Below are positions 20,074-28,927 of a DNA stretch of 40,013 bases, in pieces. The stretch spans positions 1-40,013 of the forward strand of contig JAQBHB010000066.1 of assembly GCA_032128115.1 (NCBI GenBank), in the 5' to 3' direction. The position numbers and the translations under genes are program-made. The stretch is from Deltaproteobacteria bacterium (GTDB taxonomy: Bacteria > Myxococcota_A > UBA9160 > SMWR01). Numbering within the stretch: position 1 is the stretch's first letter; every line of letters starts with the position of its first letter. The notes under the pieces are model-generated. The model saw only the letters and a list, made by a program, of their open reading frames with translations, searched no databases and had not been told where the DNA came from.

Positions 20074-21437
20074 GCGAGAAGGGGCGACTGTTCGGAACCG
20101 ACGGGGTGCGGGGGAGGGCCAACTTCCACCCGATGACCGCAGAGATGGCGCTGTCCCTGGGCCAGGCCATCGCCCACGTGTTTCACCGGGCCGGCGGCGA
20201 GCGCAAGCGCATCATCATCGGCAAGGACACGCGCCTGTCGGGCTACCTGTTCGAGAATGCACTGGTCGCGGGCATCGCCTCCATGGGCGTCGATGTGATC
20301 CAGGTAGGCCCCATGCCGACACCGGGCATGGCCTTCCTGACGGCCGATATGCGCTGTCACGCCGGCGTGATGATCTCGGCCAGCCACAACCCGTACCAGG
20401 ACAATGGCATCAAGTTCTTCAGCAGCGACGGCTACAAGTTGCCCGATGAGGTGGAGAACCGGATCGAGGCGTTGATCGAGTCGCGCGAGCTTTCCTCCCT
20501 GTGCGCCGACCCGGACCTGATCGGGCGTGCCAAGCGCATCGACGACGCCCAGGGGCGATACGTGGTGTTCTTGAAGAAGACCTTTCCCATGGATCTGTCT
20601 CTGGACGGGCTGCGCGTGGTGCTCGATTGCGCCAACGGCGCCGCCTACAAAGTCGGACCCACGGTGCTCTCCGAGCTGGGCGCCGAGGTGTTTGCGCTTG
20701 GCGTCGAACCCAACGGTCGCAACATCAACGATGGCTGCGGCTCGCTGTTTCCGGAGAAGACGGCGGCCAAGGTGCGCGAGGTGCGCGCCGACCTGGGTAT
20801 CGCTCTCGATGGTGACGGCGACCGCGTGATGCTGGTCGGGTCCAAGGGCGCCCTCATCGATGGCGACGCCCTGATCGCGTTGCTGGCCCGCGATCTGGTG
20901 TCGCGCAACGCCCTGCGCGGCGGCATGGTGGTGGGCACGGTCATGAGCAATCTGGGGCTGGAGCGCGCCTTGGATCGGCTGCAGGTGGGGTTGCTGCGCA
21001 CCCAGGTGGGCGATCGCTACGTCGTCGAGGCCATGCGCAGCGGTGGCTTCAACCTGGGCGGCGAGCCTTCGGGCCACATCATCTTCCTGGACCACAACAC
21101 CACGGGCGATGGCTTGATCACGGCCCTCCAGGCCCTGGCAATCATGCGCCACACCGGGCGCAGCCTGGAGGAGCTCACGGCCGACTTCGAACGCTTCCCG
21201 CAGGTGCTGGTGAACGTTCCGGTGTCCGTGAAGAAGCCCATCGAGGGCCTCACGGGGGTCGTGGCGGCGACTCGGCGTGTCGAAGAGGAACTCGGAGCCC
21301 GGGGGCGGGTGCTGATCCGCTACAGCGGAACGGAGCCCAAGGCGCGGGTGATGGTGGAAGGCGACGACGAGCGGCGCGTGTCCGAGTTTGCCCACGACAT
21401 CGCGGACGAGCTCAAACGGGCCCTGGGAGGCAGCTGA
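20070..21437 (+). CDS. glmM: Phosphoglucosamine mutase
   Basis: FGTDGVRG, GKDTRLSG, ISASHNP, DGDGDR and RYSGTEP. Confidence 0.98.
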   Translation: MSEKGRLFGTDGVRGRANFHPMTAEMALSLGQAIAHVFHRAGGERKRIIIGKDTRLSGYLFENALVAGIASMGVDVIQVGPMPTPGMAFLTADMRCHAGVMISASHNPYQDNGIKFFSSDGYKLPDEVENRIEALIESRELSSLCADPDLIGRAKRIDDAQGRYVVFLKKTFPMDLSLDGLRVVLDCANGAAYKVGPTVLSELGAEVFALGVEPNGRNINDGCGSLFPEKTAAKVREVRADLGIALDGDGDRVMLVGSKGALIDGDALIALLARDLVSRNALRGGMVVGTVMSNLGLERALDRLQVGLLRTQVGDRYVVEAMRSGGFNLGGEPSGHIIFLDHNTTGDGLITALQALAIMRHTGRSLEELTADFERFPQVLVNVPVSVKKPIEGLTGVVAATRRVEEELGARGRVLIRYSGTEPKARVMVEGDDERRVSEFAHDIADELKRALGGS

Positions 21438-21441
21438 ACCG

Positions 21442-22152
21442 ATGCGATCCCTGATACTGGCCCTCGATGGACTGCCCAGCCTGCGCGATGCCACCGCGTC
21501 CATGGACGTGGATGTGGCGGCGGCGGCCACGCTGGCCGAGCTGGCGGGAGTCGACGGTGTCCGCTTGAGCGTCAACGAGGACCTGAAGCCGGTTCGCGCG
21601 GAAGACGTTCGCGAGACCCGGCGCGCGGCGCGATTTCTCGAGCTGCGCATGTCGCCGAGTCCCAATCTCGTGAAGGTGGCCCTCGAGGCCCGCCCCGATC
21701 GCGTGGTGGTGGCGGCCGACAGCGGCGATGGACGCTCGCTCTCGACCCCCCTGGACCTGGAGGGCCGGGGCGCACCGTTGGGACCCATGGTGCGGAGCCT
21801 GGCCGAGGCGGGGATCCCCGTGGCCGCCCTGGTGGCACCCTCAGTGACCGCCGTAAAGGTGGCCCACGCGGAAGGCGCGGCCGGAGTCGAGTTCTACACC
21901 GGGGTCATCGTCGATCTGCCGGCGGCCGAGCGCGCCGCCGAGCTGGAACGCCTGGGTGACGCCGTGCGTATGGCGTCCAAGCTGCGCCTGACCATCGGGG
22001 TGGGCGGGGGCCTGGGCTACCGCACGCTGCCCGAGGTGCTGGCCGCGGCGCCCTCGATCGAGCGGGTGGCGGTGGGGCGATCCGCCCTGGCGCGAGCCCT
22101 GCTCGTGGGCCTCGATCGCGCCTTGCGCGATCTTCGTGTCTTGGTGGCTTGA
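21442..22152 (+). CDS. pdxJ: PdxJ-like TIM-barrel protein with degenerate active site
   Basis: Colinear with PdxJ (AELAGVDG, LAEAGIPV, EFYTG, ELERL, GLGY, RALLVGL) and in the glmM-pdxJ-acpS position, but the catalytic residues are replaced. Confidence 0.85.
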   Translation: MRSLILALDGLPSLRDATASMDVDVAAAATLAELAGVDGVRLSVNEDLKPVRAEDVRETRRAARFLELRMSPSPNLVKVALEARPDRVVVAADSGDGRSLSTPLDLEGRGAPLGPMVRSLAEAGIPVAALVAPSVTAVKVAHAEGAAGVEFYTGVIVDLPAAERAAELERLGDAVRMASKLRLTIGVGGGLGYRTLPEVLAAAPSIERVAVGRSALARALLVGLDRALRDLRVLVA

Positions 22153-22204
22153 TCCCTCCGCGCGCCGCCCCATACTCCTCGTCCATGCTCCCGGGTTCAT
22201 CCGC

Positions 22205-22579
22205 GTGATCGTCGGTGTTGGCGTCGAGCTGATCGACGTGGTGCGCTTCGGTGCGGCCCTCGACCGCTTCGGCGACCGGCTTCGCCAGCGCGTGTTCAGC
22301 GAACATGAGCGTGCCTTCGCGCGGGGCCGCCGAGTGGACGTCCAGAGCCTGGCGGTGCGCTTCGCGGCCAAGCTGGCGGCCCGGCGCGCCCTGGGGCGTC
22401 CCGGGATCGCGTTTCGCGAGGTGGAAGTGGTGCGCCACGGAGACGACGCGCCCACCCTGGTGCTTCACGGGGAGGCGGAGCGGGCCGCCCGCGAGCTGGG
22501 GGTGACGCGCACCTCGGTCTCGCTGACCCACGACTCCACCTGGTGTGCGAGCCACGTGGTGCTGGAGGCTGGACCGTGA
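22205..22579 (+). CDS. acpS: AcpS-like (holo-ACP synthase fold) protein with degenerate active site
   Basis: IVGVGVELIDV.RF, RVFSEHE, RFAAKLA..RALG and VSLTHD. The canonical GxD and AAKEA motifs are altered. Confidence 0.85.
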   Translation: MIVGVGVELIDVVRFGAALDRFGDRLRQRVFSEHERAFARGRRVDVQSLAVRFAAKLAARRALGRPGIAFREVEVVRHGDDAPTLVLHGEAERAARELGVTRTSVSLTHDSTWCASHVVLEAGP

Positions 22580-24189
22580 CCGGGCGCGTGTGGTCGCTGG
22601 CGAGCGCAGAGGTCATGCGGGCTCTAGACCGGCATACCATCGACGAGTTGGGGATACCCGGCGAGATCTTGATGGAGAGTGCCGGCCGCGCGGTGGCCGA
22701 GGTGGTGCTCGCTGCGCTTCCGCGCGGTGGCAGTGTGGTGGTGGTATGCGGCACGGGCAACAACGGCGGCGACGGGTTCGTCGCAGCCCGACACCTGCAG
22801 TTGCTTGGCGTGCCCGTGCGGGCCGTGTTGCTTGGCGAACAGCGCGCGGTCAAGGGCGATGCGGCGCGTCACCTCGAGTGGGCCCTCGCATCGGGGGTGC
22901 CCATCGAGAGCGGGCGCTGGAGGGCTCCGGGCACCGGCGTGATCGTGGACGCCATCTTCGGCACCGGTCTCTCGCGTTCCGTTCTGGATCCCGCGGCCGC
23001 TGCCATTCGCCGCATCAATGCCGCGCGCGACGGCCACCCGGCCGGACTGCGGGTGGTGGCGGTGGATCTGCCCTCGGGCGCGTGCGCCGACACGGGCCAG
23101 GCCCTGGGCATTGCCGTGCGGGCCGACACCACCGTGACATTTGGACTCCCGAAGCCCGGTCTGGCTCTCGAGCCGGGCCGCACGCTCGCCGGTCGCGTGG
23201 TGGTCGCGCGCATCGGAATTGCCGACCGTGCGCCGGGTGTTGCGTGCGAGATCGAACTCTGGACGCGCGCCGCAGCGGGCGCGTTGCTGCCGGATCGTCC
23301 CGCCCACGGTCACAAGGGCAGCTTCGGACACGCGCTGATCGTGGCGGGCTCGGAAGGCAAGAGCGGCGCTGCGGCCCTGGCCGCCCAGGGCGCCGTGCGC
23401 ATGGGCGCTGGCCTGGTGACGCTTGCGTGCCCCGCCGGGCTCAACGACATCCTCGAGATCAAATGCACCGAGGCCATGACCGTGGGCGTGCCCGACACGG
23501 CCGAACGCACCCTGGCCGGCGAAGCCGAGGAGGCCGTGCTCGCCCTGGCGACCGCGCGCGACGCCGTGGGGCTGGGGCCGGGTCTGGGAGCCAGCGCCGA
23601 AACCGCCTCCATGGTGGCGTCGCTCGCCAAGCGACTCGAGAAGCCCCTGGCCCTGGACGCAGACGGACTGCGCGCCTACGCGGGGCAACCCGAGTTGTTG
23701 CGGTCGCGACCGGCGCCCACCGTGTTGACGCCGCACCCGGGCGAGGCAGCTCGCCTGCTATCGATCCCGGCCGCCGACGTGAACCGCGACCGCGTGGGTT
23801 GCGCGCGGCGCCTGGCCTCGATCTCGGGCTGCGTGGTGCTCCTCAAGGGTGCGGCCACCGTGACGGCGTCGCCCGAGGGCTGGGCGGTGATCAATCCGAC
23901 CGGCGGCCCGGCGTTGGGAAGCGGCGGAACCGGCGATGTCCTGCTGGGCATGCTGACCGGATTGCTGGCCCAGGGCGTCGAGGAATTCAGGGCGGCAGCC
24001 CTGGCGGTCTTCGTGCACGGACTCGCTGCCGATCGCATCGCCGCGCGCGAAGGCGACTCGGGCCTGATGGCGAGCGACCTTGCGCGCGAGGTGCCCGCGG
24101 CGAGCCACGCGCTGCGCGAGGCGGCGCGTGCTGCGATCTCGGGCCCGCCGCGGGAGATCGGCCTTGCGCTGGCGTTCCCCGAGCCCTGA
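22576..24189 (+). CDS. nnr: Bifunctional NAD(P)H-hydrate epimerase/dehydratase
   Basis: LMESAG, GNNGGDG, DAIFGTG, DLPSG, HKGSFG, LTPHPGEA and GGTGDVL. Confidence 0.96.
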   Translation: MTGRVWSLASAEVMRALDRHTIDELGIPGEILMESAGRAVAEVVLAALPRGGSVVVVCGTGNNGGDGFVAARHLQLLGVPVRAVLLGEQRAVKGDAARHLEWALASGVPIESGRWRAPGTGVIVDAIFGTGLSRSVLDPAAAAIRRINAARDGHPAGLRVVAVDLPSGACADTGQALGIAVRADTTVTFGLPKPGLALEPGRTLAGRVVVARIGIADRAPGVACEIELWTRAAAGALLPDRPAHGHKGSFGHALIVAGSEGKSGAAALAAQGAVRMGAGLVTLACPAGLNDILEIKCTEAMTVGVPDTAERTLAGEAEEAVLALATARDAVGLGPGLGASAETASMVASLAKRLEKPLALDADGLRAYAGQPELLRSRPAPTVLTPHPGEAARLLSIPAADVNRDRVGCARRLASISGCVVLLKGAATVTASPEGWAVINPTGGPALGSGGTGDVLLGMLTGLLAQGVEEFRAAALAVFVHGLAADRIAAREGDSGLMASDLAREVPAASHALREAARAAISGPPREIGLALAFPEP

Positions 24190-24661
24190 CGCCACGCGCT
24201 GGGCCGCAGCCGCACTCGCGCGGCTGGTGGACGCACGCGGGCTGGTGGTTGCGCTGGTGGGGCCGCTGGGTGTTGGCAAGACGGTTTTCGCCAAGGGACT
24301 GGCGGAGGGTCTGGGCCTCGATTCGACCCGCGTGGCCAGCCCCACCTTCGTGATCGCCTGCGAGTACGCATCCGCCGACGGGAGGCGCCTGGCCCACGTG
24401 GACTGCTATCGGGTGGAGAGCGTGGCCGAACTCGAGGGTGCGGGCTTCCTCGATCTGCTGGAGCCGGGGGTGCTGGTGGCGGTGGAATGGGCCAATCGCT
24501 TTCCCGGGGCGCTCCCCGCCGACCATCTGGAGGTGGCGCTGATGCGCGATTCCTCCTCCTCCTCCTCGGAAACCCAGGCGCGGGTGCTCGACGTGCAGGC
24601 CCACGGCCCCGGGGCCGAAGCCGTTCTCGCGCGTTGGCGCGAGGCGCTGGCCGTTGCGTAG
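24164..24661 (+). CDS. tsaE: tRNA t6A biosynthesis ATPase TsaE
   Basis: GPLGVGKT, SPTF, HVDCYR and VEW. The TTG start after GGAG is inferred. Confidence 0.93.
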   Translation: MRWRSPSPDATRWAAAALARLVDARGLVVALVGPLGVGKTVFAKGLAEGLGLDSTRVASPTFVIACEYASADGRRLAHVDCYRVESVAELEGAGFLDLLEPGVLVAVEWANRFPGALPADHLEVALMRDSSSSSSETQARVLDVQAHGPGAEAVLARWREALAVA

Positions 24662-24673
24662 ATTCCCGATCCC

Positions 24674-25915
24674 GTGAGCGTGATCGTCCAGAAATACGGC
24701 GGTACCAGCGTCGGCGACCTCGACCGCATCCGGAACGTGGCCCGACGCGTGGTGGAGACCGCCGAGGCCGGTCACCAGGTGGCGGTGGTGGTGTCGGCCA
24801 TGGCCGGCGAAACCGACCGGCTCGTGACCTGGGCCCGGGAGATCGGGGGCGATCAGCCGGATCCGCGTGAATACGACGTGCTGGTTTCCACCGGCGAGCA
24901 GTGCACGGTCGCTCTTCTGGCCATGGCCATCCAGGCGCTGGGGCGGCCGGCGCGGTCGTTCGTGGGGTCGCAGATCGGGCTCCGGACCGATGCGGTCCAC
25001 ACCCGGGCCCGCATTGCCAGCATCGACCCCGGGCCCATCCGGCAGGTCTTCGCGGCAGGCGGAGTTGCGGTGATCGCGGGCTTCCAGGGCATCGACAGCG
25101 AGGGCAACATCACGACCCTGGGGCGCGGCGGCTCGGACACCTCGGCCGTGGCGGTGGCGGCGGCTCTCGGGGCCGACGAATGCGAGATCTACACCGACGT
25201 GGACGGAGTCTTCACCACCGATCCCAGACTGGTGCCGGCGGCGCGAAAGCTCGACCGGATCGGCTATGACGAGATGATCGAGATGGCGAGCCTTGGCGCC
25301 AAGGTGCTGCAGATCCGGGCGGTGCGGTTCGCGATGCGCTACGGCGTGCCGCTGCACGTGCGTTCGTCTTTCCATTCGGGTGAGGGAACGCGGGTGGTGC
25401 GCGAGGAGGAAGTCATGGAACGCCTGGTGGTCTCGGGGGTGACCTACAACCGCGACGAGGCCAAGGTGCGCGTGCGGGGCCTGAAAGACGTGCCCGGCGT
25501 GGCCGCAAGGGTCTTCTCGCCGCTTTCGGACGCCGGAATCGTGGTGGACATGATCATCCAGAACCTGTCCCAGGATGGAACCACCGATCTCACCTTCACG
25601 GTGCCGCGCAGCGACTACCGCAGGGCCATGGACCTGGCCGAGCAGGCCGGCAAGGACCTGTGCGCCAGCGAGGTGGACGGCGACGAAGACGTGGCCAAGG
25701 TTTCGATCGTGGGCCTGGGCATGAAGGACCACGCGGGTGCGGCCAGTCGCATGTTCCGGGTGCTGGCGGACGAGGGCATCAACATCCAGCTGATCTCCAC
25801 CAGCGAGATCAAGGTGTCGGTGCTGATCGAAGAGAAGTACACGGAGCTCGCCGTGCGCGCCCTGCACGCGGAATTCGTGGAGTCCGGCGCGGCGGATCCC
25901 TGCGCCGAAGCCTGA
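24674..25915 (+). CDS. lysC: Aspartate kinase (alpha subunit)
   Basis: [26 protein letters not shown] and YTDVDG, plus two ACT domains. Confidence 0.98.
   Translation: MSVIVQKYGGTSVGDLDRIRNVARRVVETAEAGHQVAVVVSAMAGETDRLVTWAREIGGDQPDPREYDVLVSTGEQCTVALLAMAIQALGRPARSFVGSQIGLRTDAVHTRARIASIDPGPIRQVFAAGGVAVIAGFQGIDSEGNITTLGRGGSDTSAVAVAAALGADECEIYTDVDGVFTTDPRLVPAARKLDRIGYDEMIEMASLGAKVLQIRAVRFAMRYGVPLHVRSSFHSGEGTRVVREEEVMERLVVSGVTYNRDEAKVRVRGLKDVPGVAARVFSPLSDAGIVVDMIIQNLSQDGTTDLTFTVPRSDYRRAMDLAEQAGKDLCASEVDGDEDVAKVSIVGLGMKDHAGAASRMFRVLADEGINIQLISTSEIKVSVLIEEKYTELAVRALHAEFVESGAADPCAEA
25415..25915 (+). CDS. Probable in-frame aspartate kinase beta subunit
   Basis: GAGGAGG at 25403-25409 lies 5 nt before in-frame ATG (Met248), at the start of the ACT region. 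Confidence 0.7.
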   Translation: MERLVVSGVTYNRDEAKVRVRGLKDVPGVAARVFSPLSDAGIVVDMIIQNLSQDGTTDLTFTVPRSDYRRAMDLAEQAGKDLCASEVDGDEDVAKVSIVGLGMKDHAGAASRMFRVLADEGINIQLISTSEIKVSVLIEEKYTELAVRALHAEFVESGAADPCAEA

Positions 25916-25942
25916 GGTCCCGGGGAGGCGTCCCCGCCCACG

Positions 25943-26440
25943 ATGATGCGACCGAACGCGTCTGCGCGTGCGGCACGCGCCGGCTTCGCGCTGGCGGGCC
26001 TGCTGTTCGCGATCTCGGGCCCCGCGGCTCCTCCCGACCCGATCGTCTGTCTCCATCCCGTGGAGCTGCGCGCCCGGGCCGACCACAGTGTGGCGGTGGC
26101 GTGCCGAGCCAGCGCGGATCCGGCTCGCGCGCCGCGCGGCCCCGCCCGGCGTCTGTTTGGCCTGGCCATCGATCCGAATACGGCGGACGCGGTCACCCTG
26201 ACCACCCTCCCGGGCATCGGGGCCGTACGCGCGGCAGCCATCGTGGAAGCGCGGCAAGCGGGGCGCTTCCAGAGGCGGCAGGATCTGCTCCGGGTGCCGG
26301 GCATCGGCCCCAAGATCCTGGCCGGCCTGGCCGGGATCGTGGCCGTGGCCCCGGCTCCAACCGAATCGGTACGCTGCCCATGGCGGGAGTGCCGCACGCC
26401 CTCCGAGGGCGGAGAGGAGGTCCATGGGCCGGATCAGTGA
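25943..26440 (+). CDS. ComEA-like helix-hairpin-helix DNA-binding protein
   Basis: IDPNTA...L.TLPGIG...A.AIV.AR...F....L.RVPGIGPK, with an N-terminal hydrophobic segment. Confidence 0.85.
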   Translation: MMRPNASARAARAGFALAGLLFAISGPAAPPDPIVCLHPVELRARADHSVAVACRASADPARAPRGPARRLFGLAIDPNTADAVTLTTLPGIGAVRAAAIVEARQAGRFQRRQDLLRVPGIGPKILAGLAGIVAVAPAPTESVRCPWRECRTPSEGGEEVHGPDQ

Positions 26441-27779
26441 GTTTGCCGAGCGCCTGCGCGCGTTCCTGGTGGACGACCTCTGGAACGATCTCGAGCCGCG
26501 CACGGCCGTGGCCCGCGCCCACAGTCTCGTGCAGTTCTCGGTGATGGTGGGGCAGGGATTCGTACGCGATCAGCTGATGCTGCGCGCCACGGGGCTGGCC
26601 TACTTCATGGTGCTGTCGTTGATCCCCATCGTGGCCATCGCGGTGGCGATCGCCGGCTCGATCGGGGGCGCCAACGAGCAACTGGCGACTCGGATCGTGG
26701 AGCAGGTGGCCGCCGGGAGCCCCGCCGCCCAGGACCGCATCGTCGAAATGATCAGGAGTGTCAACTTCGGGGGGCTCGGAACCGTGGGGGCCGGGATCCT
26801 GTTCGTGACCTCGGTGCTCGGCATTGGCAGCATCGAGAAGGCGCTCAACGCCATCTGGGGTGTAACGCACGGTCGCAGCCTGGGGCGGCGCTTCCCGGAC
26901 TATCTGGCGGTGCTGGTGGTGGCGCCGCTGCTGCTGGGTGCGGCCATCTCGCTCACGGGCACACTCCAGAGCCAGTGGATGGTGCAGCGCATGCTCGAGG
27001 TGCCGGCGCTGTCCCGATTGCTCAACCTGGGTCTGAACCAGGCGCCGGCTGTGGTGATGTCGGCGGCCTTCGCCTTCCTCTACTGGTTCCTGCCCAATGC
27101 GCGGGTCAAGGCATCGTCGGCCGTGATCGGGGGGCTCGTGGCGGGCGTGCTCGGTGTCGCCGCCCAGAACCTCTACCTGGACTTCCAGATCGGGGTGGCG
27201 AAGTACAACGCGGTCTTCGGCACCCTGGTGGCGTTGCCCCTGCTCTTCGTGTGGATCTACATCCTCTGTGCCGTGATCCTGTTCGGCGCGGAGATCGCGT
27301 ACGCCCACCAGCACCTGGATCAGTACCGGCGCGATGTGCGCGGGCGGCGGGCGGGGCCCGCCGAGTGCGAGGCCATCGCCATGCGCATCGCCGTCGAAGT
27401 GGCACGGGCCTTCCGGAGCGGCCGCTCCGGCGGCACGGCCGACGAACTGGCCGACCGGCTGCGCGCCTCCGTGCGCACCGTGCACCGGGTGCTGGCCGAT
27501 CTCGAGGCGGCGGGCATCGTGTCGCAGCGGGGAGACCGCAAGCAGGCGGGCGGCTACCAGCTGGCGCGCCCCGCCGACCAGATTGCCGCCACGGATGTGG
27601 TGGCGGCGCTGCGCGGGCCGCGGGAGGCCCTGTCCGGGGAGGCGGCCCTGGTGACGGCGGTCGATCGCCTGCTGGCGGAGATCGACGAGGGAGCCGTGAA
27701 GGGCGCGCGCGGTCAGACGCTCGCCGACGTGGTTGCGGCCATTCCCGGGGAGGGCGTGGGCTACTCTCCCGCCCGGTGA
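26424..27779 (+). CDS. YihY/BrkB-family membrane protein fused to a C-terminal Rrf2-like winged helix
   Basis: YihY: LAYF..LSLIP, IEKALNAIW, YWFLPN, YNAVFG, LFGAE. Winged helix: ELADRL...RTVHRVLADLEAAGIV...GGYQLARPADQI...DVV. Confidence 0.88.
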   Translation: MGRISEFAERLRAFLVDDLWNDLEPRTAVARAHSLVQFSVMVGQGFVRDQLMLRATGLAYFMVLSLIPIVAIAVAIAGSIGGANEQLATRIVEQVAAGSPAAQDRIVEMIRSVNFGGLGTVGAGILFVTSVLGIGSIEKALNAIWGVTHGRSLGRRFPDYLAVLVVAPLLLGAAISLTGTLQSQWMVQRMLEVPALSRLLNLGLNQAPAVVMSAAFAFLYWFLPNARVKASSAVIGGLVAGVLGVAAQNLYLDFQIGVAKYNAVFGTLVALPLLFVWIYILCAVILFGAEIAYAHQHLDQYRRDVRGRRAGPAECEAIAMRIAVEVARAFRSGRSGGTADELADRLRASVRTVHRVLADLEAAGIVSQRGDRKQAGGYQLARPADQIAATDVVAALRGPREALSGEAALVTAVDRLLAEIDEGAVKGARGQTLADVVAAIPGEGVGYSPAR

Positions 27780-28927
27780 ACCGCGTCTATCTCGACCACA
27801 ACGCCACCACTCCGCTTCGCGAAGAGGTGGTGGAGGCGATGCTCCACGAGCTGCGCCACGGCTTCGGCAACCCCTCGAGTGTCCACGCCGAGGGTGCTTC
27901 GGCCCGCGCCAGCGTGGAACGGGCCCGCGAACGCATCGCTTCGCTGTTGGGAAGCCAGCCCGGGCGCATCCTGCTGACCGGGGGCGCCACCGAGGCCAAC
28001 AACACGGCCCTCCTCGGCGTGCTTCGAGCCGGGCGCGAACGGGGCCGCCACGTGGTGACCACGAATGTGGAACACCCGTCGGTGGAGGCCCCGCTCGTGG
28101 CCTTCGAGGCCGAGGGCGGCAGCGTGACCCGGGTGCCGGTGGACGCGGGCGGTCGCGTGGCGTCGCAGGCCGTGCTCGACGCCATCCGCGACGACACGGC
28201 CCTGGTCAGCGTGATCTGGGCCAACAACGAGACCGGCGTGGTCCAGCCCGTAGCGGACATCGCCGAGGGCGCGCGCGCCCGGGGCGTGCGGGTGCACAGC
28301 GATGCCACCCAGGCCGTGGGCAAGATTGCGGTGGACCTGCGCCGCGTGCCTCTGGACCTGCTGTCGCTCTCGGCCCACAAGTTCAACGGACCCAAGGGCG
28401 TGGGCTGTCTGGTGGTGGGCGAGGGCATCGAGTTCGAGCCCCTGCTTCGGGGGGGACCCCAGGAGGCGCGCAGGCGAGGCGGCACCGAGAACGTGGCCGG
28501 CATCGCGGGTCTGGGCATGGCGTGCCAGTTGGCCGAGGCCGAGATGTCCGAGCGCATCGCCCTCTACGCGCATCTGTGTGGACGACTGTGGTCTGGGATC
28601 GAGGCGAAGATCCCGCGCGTGCGCCGCAACGGCGATCCGGACCACGTGCTTCCCAACACCGTGAATGTGGAGTTCGAGGGCGCCGCGGGCGAGTTGCTGC
28701 TCCAGGCGCTGGATCTTTCGGGCATCTCCGTGTCCGCGGGCGCCGCCTGTGCCTCGGGCGCCGTGGAGCCCTCGCCGGTGCTGCTGGCCATGGGCCGGAC
28801 GCCGGCCCAGGCGCGTGGCTCGCTGCGCTTGAGCGTCGGGCACGGGGTGGACGACGCGCAGATCGACCGCGTGCTCCTGCAGCTCCCCGACCTGGTGGAA
28901 CGCGCACGCCAAGCGGGGGACGTGTGA
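27776..28927 (+). CDS. iscS: Cysteine desulfurase (IscS/NifS type)
   Basis: YLDHNATTP, GNPSS.H, NNETG, SAHKFNGPKG, GTENV and SAGAAC. Confidence 0.95.
   Translation: MNRVYLDHNATTPLREEVVEAMLHELRHGFGNPSSVHAEGASARASVERARERIASLLGSQPGRILLTGGATEANNTALLGVLRAGRERGRHVVTTNVEHPSVEAPLVAFEAEGGSVTRVPVDAGGRVASQAVLDAIRDDTALVSVIWANNETGVVQPVADIAEGARARGVRVHSDATQAVGKIAVDLRRVPLDLLSLSAHKFNGPKGVGCLVVGEGIEFEPLLRGGPQEARRRGGTENVAGIAGLGMACQLAEAEMSERIALYAHLCGRLWSGIEAKIPRVRRNGDPDHVLPNTVNVEFEGAAGELLLQALDLSGISVSAGAACASGAVEPSPVLLAMGRTPAQARGSLRLSVGHGVDDAQIDRVLLQLPDLVERARQAGDV

Noticed and set aside
24551..24568. (TCC)n run in tsaE
   Set aside because: Short in-frame poly-Ser in a variable loop, with no evidence of function.
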